This document shows, piece after piece, positions 1 to 12,825 of a stretch of 64,000 bases of DNA; position 1 is the first letter of the stretch, and each line of letters starts with the position of its first letter. Below the pieces are notes generated by a model, which searched no databases, was not told where the DNA came from, and was given only the letters and a program-made list of their open reading frames with translations. Where the stretch lies: assembly GCA_964247055.1 (NCBI GenBank), contig OZ176051.1:14136001-14200000 (forward strand). Direction: 5' to 3'. A program made the position numbers and the translations under genes. Origin of the DNA: Paragordius varius (Eukaryota > Animalia > Nematomorpha).

Positions 1-398
1 AAGTACGCTTTAATAATATTTTTCAAAAAAATTGAATTTCGAAAAAAAGGCATTAAATATTTTTATATAATTTACCATGAATCTAAGATTTTTATTGCGT
101 CACCTTCATATTTTAGATTTATTGTAAGAGAACACTAGCCTAATTTAAATAAGCGAATTTTTTTGGAGCTTACATCGAAAATATAAAAAGTTAATCATAT
201 TCTTTTGCTTTTTAAGAGTGTTTAATGATACATTTTTCTCATATTTTATGAAATGAATCATTTAGCCTAAAAATCTATTTAACAAGCATTTTACTATATT
301 CTGATATGGAGAAGTTACTACAAAAATGATATCTTTTCATTACACTCGTGTGGGCCGAAATCGAAAGCACTACAATAATCCTGATACATTTTCATATC

Positions 399-402
<4 letters not shown>
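1..402. mobile_element. Partial copy (right end) of foldback/long-TIR family FB-TA
   Basis: Ends cactcgtgtgggccgaaatcgaaagcactacaataatcctgatacattttcatatc followed by (TA)n. This matches the right TIR of the complete copy at 28055-29180. Confidence 0.7.

Positions 403-430
<28 letters not shown>
403..430. repeat. (TA)n microsatellite
   Basis: Direct TA run, one A interruption. Confidence 0.95.
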
Positions 431-436
<6 letters not shown>

Positions 437-719
437 GCTAAAATCAGTGGCCGAACTATAAATTGTGCCCCCCTCCCCCCAAAAAAACGTTCACAGTTAT
501 TTTTCACTTGGTGCATGACTTAGATTCGTAAAGAATTATTATATTTAAAAATGATTATATTTACATGACTTGGCATCCTGAGTCTAAAATTTTTGCGTTC
601 CTGGTATTTTTATATATATGGTTAGTACCCACCCGCCCACTTTAACCATCGCCAATTCCTTAATCTTAACGTTAACTTAAAATAACTAAATAACCTATTA
701 AGAGCATGTATTAATCAGA

Positions 720-2340
720 AAATCAGTTAGATTTCGTTTTCTCGATTTTGCATGAGCATATTTTCCAATTATATCTTTTTTATCCATTTGATCCGCCATC
801 TCCGCTTCAATCGCTAGTAACAATAAATTGCTCCACCTTTTTTCAGCCATCGTGCTTCTAATATAATTTTTAATTATTTTAAACTTTAAGGATGAACGTT
901 TCGCTGTAGCAACCGTAACTGGTAAAGTCAGAAAAATAATAATGCTATAACTTCATCACAACTGGCTGAAACTGTTGGGTGCTTATAATTAATAGCTCTG
1001 CAAATTGCCTGGCATTGTTAATTTGAGCGATCTCATCCTTAAGCGAATTAGAAACTGACACTATTTGAATCGGAAAATATTCATTTAAATCGTTGGAGAA
1101 TTAATTATTAAATATTTAGCTGAGTTGATAATTTCTACTTCATTCATTTTAGTTAACTTTGATGGAAGCAGAAATAAAACATTTCCGCTACGCTATAAAA
1201 ACTGTCGAATCTATTTTTTAACTCAAAAATTACAATATCTAAAATATTGAAAACATTCACTCTAAACTTATCATCTAAATTAGAAAATCTATGGTCATCG
1301 GCATGTTCATATATGTTTTTAATAATTTTATTCTTATCATTAAAAACAGGTTTAATGCCCTATTTTATTGCCATTTCAATGGCATCTTTTTATGCGGTTA
1401 TATAGTCACTTCTATATTTTTAGAAGTTTATAAAATTTCCAACTCTGTTATTGCTTTTATAAGGTCCATATTATTCGATTGTAATGTTGTAATATATGTA
1501 AAAAAACATAAAAATATAAATTCAAATTTAAATATTATTTAAAACATAAAAGCTTCTTCTGCTCATTTTTCTTAGTGCTAGTTAATGTTATATTGGTTAA
1601 AACCTTGATAACAAAGTAACCATATTTTATTGATACCTTCTAGCTCAACGAGGGGGATTTAATTTTTAATTTATTTTAGATACCTGAGTAGAACTCCTCA
1701 AAAGGTCCCATCTTTTTTACCGTGTCAGAAAATATATATTGCCTCCAGAGTTGCATAAAAATCGGTTGCTCTAGATTTAATAAATCATTTATAACTAAAT
1801 TTAAATTATGAGCGGCTCAATGTAAACTGCCTGGTCCTTTCTCAAAAGAGATTGTGCTCCATTGTAAGTTCCGCTTATAACACTGGCTTCATCATAACCT
1901 TGGCTTCTACACTTATCTAATGATAAATTATAGTTTAAAGATTTTTTATTAATCTATATAACTCATATGCTGAATAATTATTAATTTCTCTAAATCCCTA
2001 AAATTGTTTAATTTCATTTTTTTTGCGATACCATTTTACTTAATAATTATAACAAATCGATTATTTGACCTAATTGATTTGCAACTGCTGAAAAATATTT
2101 CTTCATATCGATAAAAAGTGTTGAGATTTTCAGATTTTTTTAACCTTAATTTAGTTTTTTAGCTGAGAAAGACATTGATACAAAATATGGAAGGTTGAGA
2201 TAATTTTGTATAGAGATTATGCTTTTATCCAAAATTACTCGTTGTTAAGATTAGCAAAGTTATTTTTAATTATCATATTTTATATTTTCAATGCTTCTTC
2301 ATGTTTTTACCTCTACTTATTTTTTGACCATGGTCATTTA
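720..2340 (-). mobile_element. Degraded hAT transposase (ZMYM1-like)
   Basis: Minus-strand peptides CRSQGYDEASVISGTYNGAQ..AHNLNLVIND, KFRVNVFNILDIVIFELKNRFD and the dimerisation domain LTLPVTVATAKRSSLKFKIIKNYIRSTMAEKRWSNLLLLAIEAE. Multiple stops and frameshifts. Confidence 0.88.
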
Positions 2341-3447
2341 AATAACAGCTGTTTTTAGAAAAATTGTTAGTAGATTTTTTTGAAAGAAAGATAGTAAGAT
2401 TTTATTGTTTTAAATATATTTATAAAAAATTAAATATTAAATATATTAAATAATCGATATTTTATTCTTATTTAAGAATATTTTTATAAATTGTTACATG
2501 CATCCTTAAAACATTAGCATTTAAGCATAATATATATGTCGAATAACAAAACAATCAAGCCTTGTGCAAAATATTATATGTGAACCAATAAAATGAAAAA
2601 ACATCTTATATTTGGATATTAATTCATTGATGAAAGAAAGTACAAAACAAACTAGGTAATATATCGAGTATTAAAAGCTATATATATGAAAATTTAGAAG
2701 GCCACAAAATTATTAAATTTGATTAATATTTGTAAATAATAAATATAAAAAAATGTAGAATAAACTTAAAAAGGACATTATTAGTGAAACGCAAGTATCG
2801 TTCGAACTATTTTCACAATCCAATATTGCATGATATTTACTTATGTAAAAAGTGGTCATGACCTTGGTCATGACCATAGTCGACTGGGTCTGACCAGACT
2901 TTTTTGAAAAAGCAGTCAAATGTACAACCATATTTACAACAACTGTATAGATATTTGTTAAATCTGACCACTCAGATAAAGCGAAAAACATTTAGCAAAT
3001 TTTTTTACAATCCAAATGATCAACTATAGATTTAATAGTGTATGTAACATTAGACACACTGAACGTGTAGGTTGAATTAAAGGTTAAAAACTGAAAGAAT
3101 TCAGTATTTTTCATTCTTAAAATTCATTAACCTAGTTTTTCAATAAGTGCGTTTATATCCAGGAGATAAATATTGATTACCTTGCAATTTTATGATAAAT
3201 TTTTAGATTTTAAAAAAATAATATAAGGCCGTTTCTCCAAATTTTACATGCCAGGGCGTTACCCCCCTTTTGGGAGCCACTGCACTAAACACATATTATT
3301 TTTGTTTATAATGTACCCTTTGTAATTTTCTTATTATACCTTATAAATTATTACGTATATATTTTAAAAACCAATTTTTTCAGAAAACATGAGTTTATTT
3401 AAATTCAATAACACAGTGTCCATAAATATAACCAGATGGAATATATA

Positions 3448-4330
3448 TTCTGACGGAAAATGTATCAGGATTATCATGGTACTTTTGGTTTTGGTCCTTA
3501 TGATTGTTTTAAGAAAGTTACTTACAATTTTGTGGTAAGTGTTCCAAATAAAATGGCGAAATTTCCGCACATTTATTTAAATAATTTTTGTTGAGGAAAG
3601 CTAGAGGCTTTATTCCTAAAAATACCACTAATATATCACAAACTACCTATAAAAAGCATTTGAGATGGGGGCTTTAAAAGTATCAAGTTTTTGGCTCTTC
3701 TAAAATGGGCAAGTATAATAAACGCAAAAATGCTGGGATTACGCGATAAAAATTTTATATATATGCTTAAATTTAACTTAAAATATTTTTTGAAAAATAT
3801 TATTTTAAATTTTTTTTACAAATTTTGAAGCGTGGAAACGGTTTAAGTTTTAACATATTATAAAAATACTTTTTCTGTATAATTCAATAATGCTGAACAT
3901 TTTTATCACGTCAGAATTTTGATTAAAATATTCGGTCGTCTTCTATTTATGTTAAATTAATATTGTGTTTTTACAATTCACTAAATTTTTAAGCAAACGA
4001 TGACTTAATCTAAATCTTGAGGATAGAAATGTTCAGCCTCAACTTATTATAAAACTGGATTTACATAATTCATTTGATACTCTGCAAAAAATGGTGTTTA
4101 AAAATATTTATATTTTAGATCTCACATCTTATGACTTCAGAGATAAAACTTAGTTAAAGTATTTTAGTTCTTATAAAATGTTATTGATCAAATTATTTGA
4201 CCCTAAAGAATTTTATTTAGTTATCAAATTGTGTTTAATAATCTACTAAAACAGGATAAGAGCTCACCACGTGCAAATACCATAGTCATTTGTTCAAGGC
4301 TTTTTTAAATATTAAGGCCGATGCCCCATC
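3448..4330. mobile_element. FB-TA foldback family copy (left end present, right end truncated)
   Basis: Starts tatata|ttctgacggaaaatgtatcaggattatcatgg; shares the internal ttctaaaatgggc motif with 28055-29180. Confidence 0.7.
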
Positions 4331-4370
4331 CTATAAAATATATATGTCTCTAGCCTTGTTAGCATAAAAT

Positions 4371-5055
4371 ATACCATTTGCACCTCAAGAGTGTCCTTGA
4401 ACACTTCAAGGTGGTCCTTGAACATTTCAAGTTGGTCCTTGAACACTTCAAGTTGGTCCTTAAATTTATAAATTTTGATTTGACCATAATTTTTGCATTT
4501 ATTTTTTAATTTTATTATTTATTAACCTAATTTTCTTTATTTATTATATATTTGTTCATTTTAAAATAAAAAACTTTATTGAAAAACCACTTTTTTGTTT
4601 CAAACTATTTTTTTTAATTGAACAAAATTATTGACTTTTAAATATTTTTAATGAAAAATTTTTAATTAATAACTCAGAAAAATATATTTCATTTCGTGTT
4701 AAAACTTATAAAAATCCCAAAATAATTTAAGAAATTAATAAAGATATACGGTTTCTCAAATATTAAATCTTGATATCGATTTAAAATTTGTGTTAAATAA
4801 TAGAAAATAGCTTGAAACAATAAAATAGATGAATTATTTACGATTTGATTGCTAAAAATTAAAAACAAAACAAAAAAGTAAAGGACCAACTTGAAGTGTT
4901 CAAGGACCAAATTGAAATGTTCAAAGACCAACTTGAACTGTTCAAGGACCAACTTATATTGTTCAAGGACCAACTTGAATTGTTCAAGGACCAACTTGAA
5001 ATGTTCAAGGACCAACTTGAAGTGTTCAAGGACACTCTTGAAGTGCAATTGGTAT
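4371..5055. mobile_element. Foldback element with subterminal 21-bp tandem repeats (FB-21), copy 1
   Basis: TIR atacca(t/a)ttgcac(c/t)tcaagagtgtccttgaac. About 4 units of the 21-mer ttcaaggaccaacttgaaatg (inverted) at left and about 8 at right. Flanks ataaaat/ataaatt may be a 7-bp TSD. Confidence 0.85.
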
Positions 5056-5569
5056 ATAAATTTGAGATTGCTCATATATGTATATACCATGACTTCTTAT
5101 AGGTATTACGGATTTAACTACGAGAACACATCAGCGAATTGTAAAATCCTGTACCACAAAAGGTAATTAGTATTGTAGCGTATTGTCACGGGTGATAACA
5201 AATGGGCAAATTTTGTAAATCAACAGAAAAATATATTTTAAGCACGTTCAAACTTCGGCAAAAAGACCATGCTCTATATCTGATAGGGCCAGAGCCATAG
5301 TCTGCATTATAAACTAGATAGATATAGCTTATTAACCATACTAATTTACAATAATATACCTAACAAGGCATTTGTTTATGCATATAAATACTAATATCAA
5401 ACCAACCTCCGATGTGCGTCTTCAAGCTCTACTCTTCGTTAAGGGTGGGTAGGATATGCTTTGACAGTAGGTGGTCGACGATCTTCCAATGTCACACCCT
5501 TTACTTGTTTAAGATTAATATTCCAATTGATAGATATCCGCTTACAAATAGATCATATATACTTATATA

Positions 5570-6330
5570 TTAAAAAGACTCTAAAGAAAGTCACAAATTT
5601 TTGTACCTCTAAAATGGGCTAGTCTTTTTTAAATAGCTAAACCTCTAATGCGTGATAACAATTTATAGCCAGATTATGACATTAAAAAAATTTTTTTATG
5701 AAAAATCCATACTTTCTTTAAAAAATTAGTTTTCAGTATTTTTTTGAATAGTATATTTTATGGTATATCGATTGGAACGTATATGAATACTTAGAAAAAT
5801 TTTCTTTTATAATTTGATATTGCATACCATTTCTATCAAATTTTGAAATTTGTTTCGCTAATATTGGGTATATAATTTCGAAAAGATTTGATCCAACCTA
5901 AATTTGTAGACGAATAATTCAAAATGATAAGGTGAAAAAAAAAGTTCATCATTGAATAATATAGAAAAGTTTTTATCCTAAAGCGTTTTTATATCGTTCC
6001 AACTCATTAAAATACCATTAGTTATAAAATTTTGCCAAAATTTAAATTTTAGCACACAAGATGGTATTATCATCTACCATATATTAGCTTTTTTTATCTT
6101 ACAATCTCCATTTTTACTTTTATAGCCCATTTCAAAGGGATCAGCTGGGAATTCGGACCTAATTTTGATTCATAAAAAATATTTTGTTTTATTAAAATAA
6201 AATTTAATGAAACATTTACTTTTACCTCCCTTTTATTTGTTTTAAGGTGACCTAGTTTAGTACAAAACATGGATATAGTTTTAAATCACTCGTAAGGCCC
6301 AAAACAAAACTCCCATAATGATTTGATATT
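5570..6330. mobile_element. FB-TA foldback family copy (degraded)
   Basis: Contains ctctaaaatgggctagtc and the right end atcactcgtaaggcccaaaacaaaac, as in the other copies. Confidence 0.65.
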
Positions 6331-6785
6331 TTTTACAGAATATTCATATTAAGATATTGGGACCCGATTTGTTCACTATATATAAATTTAACAATAAAAC
6401 CCAAAATTTCATTGGAAGATAATTTATTTTAATTTAAAATTACTACATGTGCATCCAACATGTGTCAGTGTGTGTTGTGATATTAGAATATTTTATGAAA
6501 GTTTTGTATTTATTTCACATATTTTAAGATATTATAGGATTTTTTTAGCTGATCAGGTATTTAACAACATCATATCTGTTTTATCAAATATTCGTTTTTT
6601 GAAGCTAGTCAACTTTTCCCTCTTTCATGCTATATGGTTAAAATTTATACACTATGTCTTTATTAAATATGTTTATAGCCATATGATTACAGCTATATAT
6701 TTTTTCGTAATTATCACAAATTTTTCCAAATTCTAAAAGCCCATATTCATCTATATCTCAAGGTGAGTCTTATAAAACATACTTA

Positions 6786-7346
6786 CACTTGGATACAACA
6801 TATTCATTTCAGTCCTTCGATTCAAATTGGGGTAGTTTAATACCCCAAGTCTGTTTAAAATTAAATACTCCAAAAAATATGTAAAGAATTAAAACCATGC
6901 CAAAAGTTTGCACTTAGATAACATTATTGAACCAAATATAAAAGAAATTTTAATATAATTGATATTATTTATTTTAAGGTGAAACCCAAAAAACTTAGTA
7001 AACCTGACATATGTTCATTAGCTAAACAAAAAATAATACAAAATAAACCACTTTTGTTTCCATCAATGTTAATACGCAATATAAATAAAAAATGAGCCAT
7101 AATTTTCGCTTTAAAATTAAATAAACAGGATATTTTGCAAAAATGTAAAATAAAAACGGCGCCTAAGTAGTTTGATATGGAATATTTTTTAAAACATAAT
7201 TTTATTGAGATATTTCGGATATTTATATAATGTTTATGAAGATAGAATCATAATCTTAAGTTGGGGCCGTTTCTTCAAAAGTTTTTTAAAAAGATCAAAT
7301 TAAATATGGCCTGGGGTATTTAGATACCCCAATTTGAATCGAAGTG
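6786..7346 (+). mobile_element. piggyBac-like MITE, copy 1
   Basis: Termini CACTT..cgattcaaattggggta / taccccaatttgaatcgAAGTG; homologous to 43804-44353 and 55402-55946, which have TTAA flanks. TSD here is degraded. Confidence 0.8.
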
Positions 7347-7959
7347 TAATATATAATATTTACCAAAAGCGTCAAAACTATCGTTTTAATTATCGTATTT
7401 TTGAAAAAAATATATAACAAATTTTCACAATCTGATAATCAAGGTCACCTTGCATATTAGGAGGATAAACTTAAAAAATGATTTAAAGCAGTTAGGGTGT
7501 TAAAGAATTTTTATTATATATTTTGAATGAATCAAAACGGCCAAAACTTTTAAATTAAAGGGTTTTAGCAAAGTACATACTTTACACTGTTTTAATAAAT
7601 TTTGACATTTATCAAGACATCAATCCACCAAAACTACTAATTCAAATTATGCAGAAGATAAATTGGCACATAATCATTTAAATTAAATTATACTTTTTAA
7701 ATTGTTGATAATTATTGTAAAATAATTCAATTTATTAATATAATATATTTATGATCTCAATGATCCGTGATTAATCCTATAAAATATACCATTTTTCAGT
7801 TCGAGGTCATGAGATTGGCTTTCCATATGTAATTTTTCCAGAAGGCGTTGTAAGTCGTATTGTGAGTCAGCAACTAGGACGTATCGACCCCGTATTTAAG
7901 GTTATTAATTATTTCTCTGCCTAGTCTTACACCATACTATTCTGACTATCTAACTTGAA

Positions 7960-9090
7960 CCAGATATGTTCGGGTAGATGTTGAATAATAGTGGTGAAAA
8001 GATGCACCCTTAACGGGCGCCCCTATTTTTAGGAAACCAATCAGAGGTACCGTGTGCTGTTTGAATACATGCTTGTATTGCTGTATAAAGATTTAATTAT
8101 TTGAATGGACCAGGTGTGTGTTGGGCCAATTTTTTCCAAGGCTTCCCATAGTGTGTTATGAGTAAGCTGTTCAAAGGCTTATTAATCAATAAAACAGAAA
8201 TAAAATGGTTTGTTGTGTTCAATATATTTTTTCATGATAAATCTTGCAGATATAGTCACTGCAGCATCTTCCCTTCCGAAACCAGCTTGATTTTGTGAGA
8301 TGTTATTCTCTTGGGTTAATAATCTATAATATAATATTTTTAATAATATTTTTGAGGCTTGCGATATAAGCGCTATTGTTTGGTAGTGGCCGCATATTTT
8401 AGGTTTGCCTTTTTTGTGAATCGGTATAAGTAGAGATTTAGACCAATTGTTTTGCCAGATGGCGGATTGAAAAAAATTTGATAAGCGATTGTAAGTGTTT
8501 TTATTGGAATGTAGTTTTTCTACAGGGATGTCGTCATATCCCAAAACTTTATTGCGAAGGGATTAGATTGTATTGCGGACCTTACTTTCTAGGATGAATG
8601 GTTTATCTATAGGGATGTTTCGGGGAGAATGAAAACGTTTGAGTCACTGTGGAGATCTGTGGAATATTGTTTCCATCTGTTAATTATATTATGTTTTTCA
8701 GTAATATCTATACTATTGGAATCAAGTATAGGGCCTTTATAAATATATTTATTTGTTGCAATAGTTTGTTTGACTGAGGTGAAAATGTTTATACCCTTTT
8801 ATTTTTATTTTCAATTCGTTTATATCAATTTTTTTTGGCTAGCAAAATCTTTATTTAATTTGTTATAAAGCTCCTTTTGATTGAGATTGTTTTTTGGGTA
8901 TACGTCTTTTTTTGGCAATATGGGCAGCTGATGAAAGATAAGTCATCTTTTTATTTGGTTTCTCAATTAGACGCTTTTGTATAATAGTGTCAATTTTAAT
9001 TTTTATATTCCAGCAGTCATTGTTCAATTCGTTTATAGATTCCAGTGATGCAAATCTGTTAGTTAGCTCAATTATAAAGGGTTCAGGCAT
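7960..9090 (-). mobile_element. RTE-type non-LTR retrotransposon fragment (linker + RT N-half)
   Basis: IELTNRFASL; WSKSLLIPIHKKG..YQTIALISQASKILLKI..QAGF..FCFID; KAFE..LWEAL; GCIFSPLLFNIY across frameshifts. Confidence 0.9.
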
Positions 9091-9828
9091 TTTAAATAAT
9101 CATAGTTATTGTTGTTATGTATATTTTTGTTTTTATTGTTAATTTTTAGTGTAATTTTGGCATTTAGGAATTTGTGATCCGAGCCTCAATCAACACCTAA
9201 AAATGATTTGAAATTTGCGAACGAATTCATTTTCTTTTGATTAATAATATAATCGATTAGGCTTCTTCTCTATTTGGGCTAATCCAGATACAGAGTTTAG
9301 AAAAATTTATATGTATTTTTTAATTTTATAATATTTATAATATTGATAATAATAAAACCTATATTGTATGTTAAATAATGAAAGTTAAATTTAAATATTT
9401 GGACAATGCAAGAGACTTGTTACTTGAGGAATAGGGAGAACAACCGAAGGAGTGGCAGCTCATAAAGACCAAATTTTACCCACCCCAAAATAATATGCCA
9501 AATAAAATATTTTTTTGTCTTAATAGCTGTGCACCTACCGAATATTGCATAGGTAATACGTATGCAAATATTTATAATCTTATCCTTCAAAAAATAAATT
9601 TAAGAAATAAGTTAAGGTTTTTGAAAGTACTTTAAGGGTCTCGATTTTAGAACCATTGAGTTAGCTAATATAACATACAATATATGAATAAATATCTAGT
9701 AACCTATGAGATCATAACAGTATGTTTTGTTTACAACCCCAAACAGATCTCTTAAATCAGTAAAAGTAGAAATTTCACGAGCCCCATTAATAGTTTCTTT
9801 CTTAGCACAGAAAGATTTTCATTAGAGG

Positions 9829-11537
9829 ATAGATGGCCTTGTCACGCTTCGCTGTGACGTAGTCTCACCGATAATTAATCATAATAATTTGCAATAAATA
9901 GACGTAATGGGGATAAAAATAATAAAAACATATTTAATAAAAAGAAGGGTTTTTGCATAGGCTCAAATATTGTTTACTCAAAATTGACCATATCTAAACT
10001 GTCCTTTATTTAAGTTAATATTCAACAATCATTGGATTTATATTGAGAATTTCGTTTTACGAAAGTTAAAAGTTTTAGTTTGAAATTGTGTTCACACAGC
10101 TGGGAGGGATATAAAAAGTAAATCATTTGTGGTTCCTTTTTAAAGGAAATAATGATATTATACAAATTCAGAAATGTGTTTCGGAACTCGTATGGTTTCG
10201 TAAGTTTGTTGAAAATTAGCTCCACAACCACGCCATGTAGTATGGCGTCTCTGATTTAAACCGGTAGGCCCATACCCATAGACCTATATGGGAAAAGCGC
10301 CGGGGTAAATTCTTTGCCTTTAGAGGGCGAATATTTGGAATCATCTTTGATACCATCGTCTTATGCATTATTTTAAAAAATACCTTAACATTTAATAATC
10401 GTTATATGATGGCGTATTTTTAGGAAATTAAGGCCCCAAATTAACGGCTAATAAAAAAACGCTGGACCTTTTTTATCTAGTTACGGGTAATATAAGCGTT
10501 TAATGAGCTCATATTCCTTCATATATTTTCTGTAAATTAGCTCCAAATGCAATTTCGATATAGTGGTGCAGTAGGCAGGTATAAAAAAGCGTTGGGCAAA
10601 ATTTTCCCTTTATATGGGGAATATCTGGAATTATCATGGATTCCATATGTTCCTATTAGATTCATAGGTTTTCTGAAATATGGCTCCAAAGGCATGCTGT
10701 ATCGATATGGTGACGCGGTTTTACGCGGGTAGACCCCTCACCAGGGATGAAACAAAAAAACGCTCGATTAAATTTGCCATAACTCGGGTTATACCTGGAA
10801 TCATGATTGATTCCATATGCTCTCATTAGTTTTTGGAGAATTTGCCTCAAAACTAAAAAATCATTCTATGGCGTCGCATTTTTTAGGGCGTGAAGGGCCT
10901 GCTATTTTGAAAAACCGTTTACCTAAAGTTTTACCTTGTTACGGGTAATATTTTAAGCATTTATTGAACTCATGTCATAGGTTTTCTGGAATTTAGCCCC
11001 AAAGGCACTCTATTTCGATATGACGGGGCAGTTTTTAGCGGGTATCACCTTACCCAGTAGCCAATATAAAAAAACGCTAGACTAAAATTTTGTCTAACCG
11101 GGAATACCTGAAATCCTTATTAAATTTTTGCGGTCTCATACTTTGGGCGAAAAATAGATTCAAAAAATTATTTTTGTGGACTTAATTTTTTTGAAAAAAT
11201 GGTGGGGAGCGGGTAAAAAGAGGGCCTAAATTAAAAAAGCGAGCCGACTATGTTCGGCACAATCGAAAATAAGTTAAAAAATCATAATTAAAATTAAATG
11301 GTCCAACATGTTTTCCGGAAAATTGTCTTAAAGACACGATTTTTATGGACTTCTGTTTTCTAAAAAACCCGTTTTTTACACGGGGTGGGCCCGAACTGGG
11401 GACCTAATTCAAAAAAGGGCGAAGCTATTTGGGCATTCATTAATGGTTATTTTTTGACATTTGGATTTAAATGGGTCTACCGGTTTTCCGGAAACAGATC
11501 ACAAAGCCAGCATTTTCCATTTTTATAAATATATAGG
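9829..11537 (-). mobile_element. Non-autonomous Helitron, copy 1
   Basis: On the minus strand: 5' (C)CTATATATTTATAAAAATG, 3' hairpin gtcacagcgaagcgtgac then CTAT (CTAG variant). No TSD. Colinear with 38781-40026. Confidence 0.85.
10450..11100. repeat. Imperfect ~130-170-bp tandem array inside Helitron copy 1
   Basis: Recurrent aaaaaacgct..acgggt.atac..ttttctg.aa.t.gc.ccaaa units starting near 10455, 10585, 10755, 10910 and 11068. Confidence 0.7.
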
Positions 11538-11706
11538 TATATATTACTTTTCACTAATGCTTTGGCGTACTTTCAAAACAATTTTATTGTAAATAATAGT
11601 CTTAGTTTAGTAAAAATATCATTATCAAATATTCAATAGTTTGTAATTGTGTGAATGCTAAAATTCATTACCTCTAAAAGAGTTTACATATCTTTTTTCT
11701 TAATAA

Positions 11707-12825
11707 CACTAGACAACAAATTTTAACTTTTTAAACTGCCATTCTTGTAAATTTAAAATTTATTTCATTAAAGTACATAATTAATATATCTGAAAAGAAA
11801 ATTGGTCTAGCATTCAAGAATTTTTTTATATTAGAGTTTATCGATATTTTTTGGCCCCGATTTAACATTAAACTCGAAATTTCGAAAATTAAAAGTTTTA
11901 GATATGAAGCCATGTATTTTATATCATTCGAGAGCGCAAAAAACTGCATCATTTAAATGGTAGTAAGTCATTTAAATCAATCGGATGTGAAAGTTATTTG
12001 GATTTAAATGGTCGAAATTTTCAATCCTTAAATAAGTGAAGAATTTTCACAGACAAACTAATTTGAAAATCATATAAATTATTTTAATATAATTATTAGG
12101 GTTATATTAGTATTTAATTGAAAAAAAATGTTTAAAAACGCTTGGTTTGCTTTTTTAATAAAAATTATTATTATCATAAATATTTTACCTATGGATACTA
12201 AAATGCATAGTTGTAACTGTAAATTTATTACATAATGGCTATAAAAGATCAAAAATACCTTAAACTTTGTTTTTGTCCTTAAAATTTCGAAATTATCAGC
12301 CTCGTAAAGAAAAGAAATTAATATTGATGAGATGGTAATTTTAAAAAAACAAAAAACTTAAAAATGCCTGTTTTGAGTGACATAAAATCAATAAAAAAAT
12401 GTTTTAATCAAAAAAACTTTCTTGTATTATCTTTTTTGGACATTCATCACCATCTAAACAAAGTTTGAGCTATTTTCATCCATTAGTTTTAAAAATATAA
12501 TAATTAAAAAAAATGCTCTTGCTTCGCGCGTTTGTCGCTCTTTGTGTCCAATATTGACTGTCGATGTAATACATATTAGTATGCATTTTATAGAGTTTTT
12601 ATTACTTTTTCGATTGATATATTACAAATGGGCATTACTTGGATATTTTCAAAGAAAAACATTTTTTAGTAAAATTTTGATAAAGAGGGCGCATAATCAA
12701 AAGAATCAAATTATACAAAATTCTTCCATCGGGTTATAATTTTTATTTCAGATTTACTGTTAGAATGATACTAAATATTAGAAAATTCATAAAACTCGAG
12801 TGGCAGAAAAATTTGTTGTCCAGTT
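11707..12825 (+). mobile_element. CACTA/EnSpm-like non-autonomous element, copy 1
   Basis: TIR CACTAGACAACAAATTTT..AAAATTTGTTGTCCAGT(T); 3-bp TSD TAA at 11704-11706 and 12826-12828; colinear with 40239-41341. Confidence 0.85.

Larger units (their letters stand above)
2759..5166 (+). pseudogene. Broken neprilysin/M13-like paralogue (remnant exons ~2759-3030 and 5103-5166)
   Basis: After an AG acceptor: NKLKKDIISETQVSFELF..*..VVMT..DWV*PDF, then after a 1-nt shift ..KTFSKFFYNPNDQL* (cf. M13 IGYPD and NAFYNP). The last exon YYGFNYENTSANCKILYHKR* resembles the end of the downstream gene (GYENLANCTLIYQ*). Interrupted by two foldback elements. Confidence 0.45.

Noticed and set aside
326-523. ORFs containing IYIYIY (also 28859-29071 and 29062-29313)
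   Set aside because: Products of (TA)n microsatellites and foldback ends.
4880-5045. 21-bp direct repeats as a CRISPR array
   Set aside because: Units are contiguous with no unique spacers, there are no cas genes, and the DNA is eukaryotic.
4689-5102. ORFs with FKDQLEM / VLEHFKL heptads as a coiled-coil gene
   Set aside because: They are translations of the 21-bp subterminal repeats of a foldback element present twice, with variable unit number and no splice or start context.
5410-5550. GC-richer minus-strand segment RISINWNINLKQVKGVTLEDRRPPTVKAYPTHP* as a terminal exon
   Set aside because: Plausible AG acceptor, but no partner exons or recognisable motif were found.
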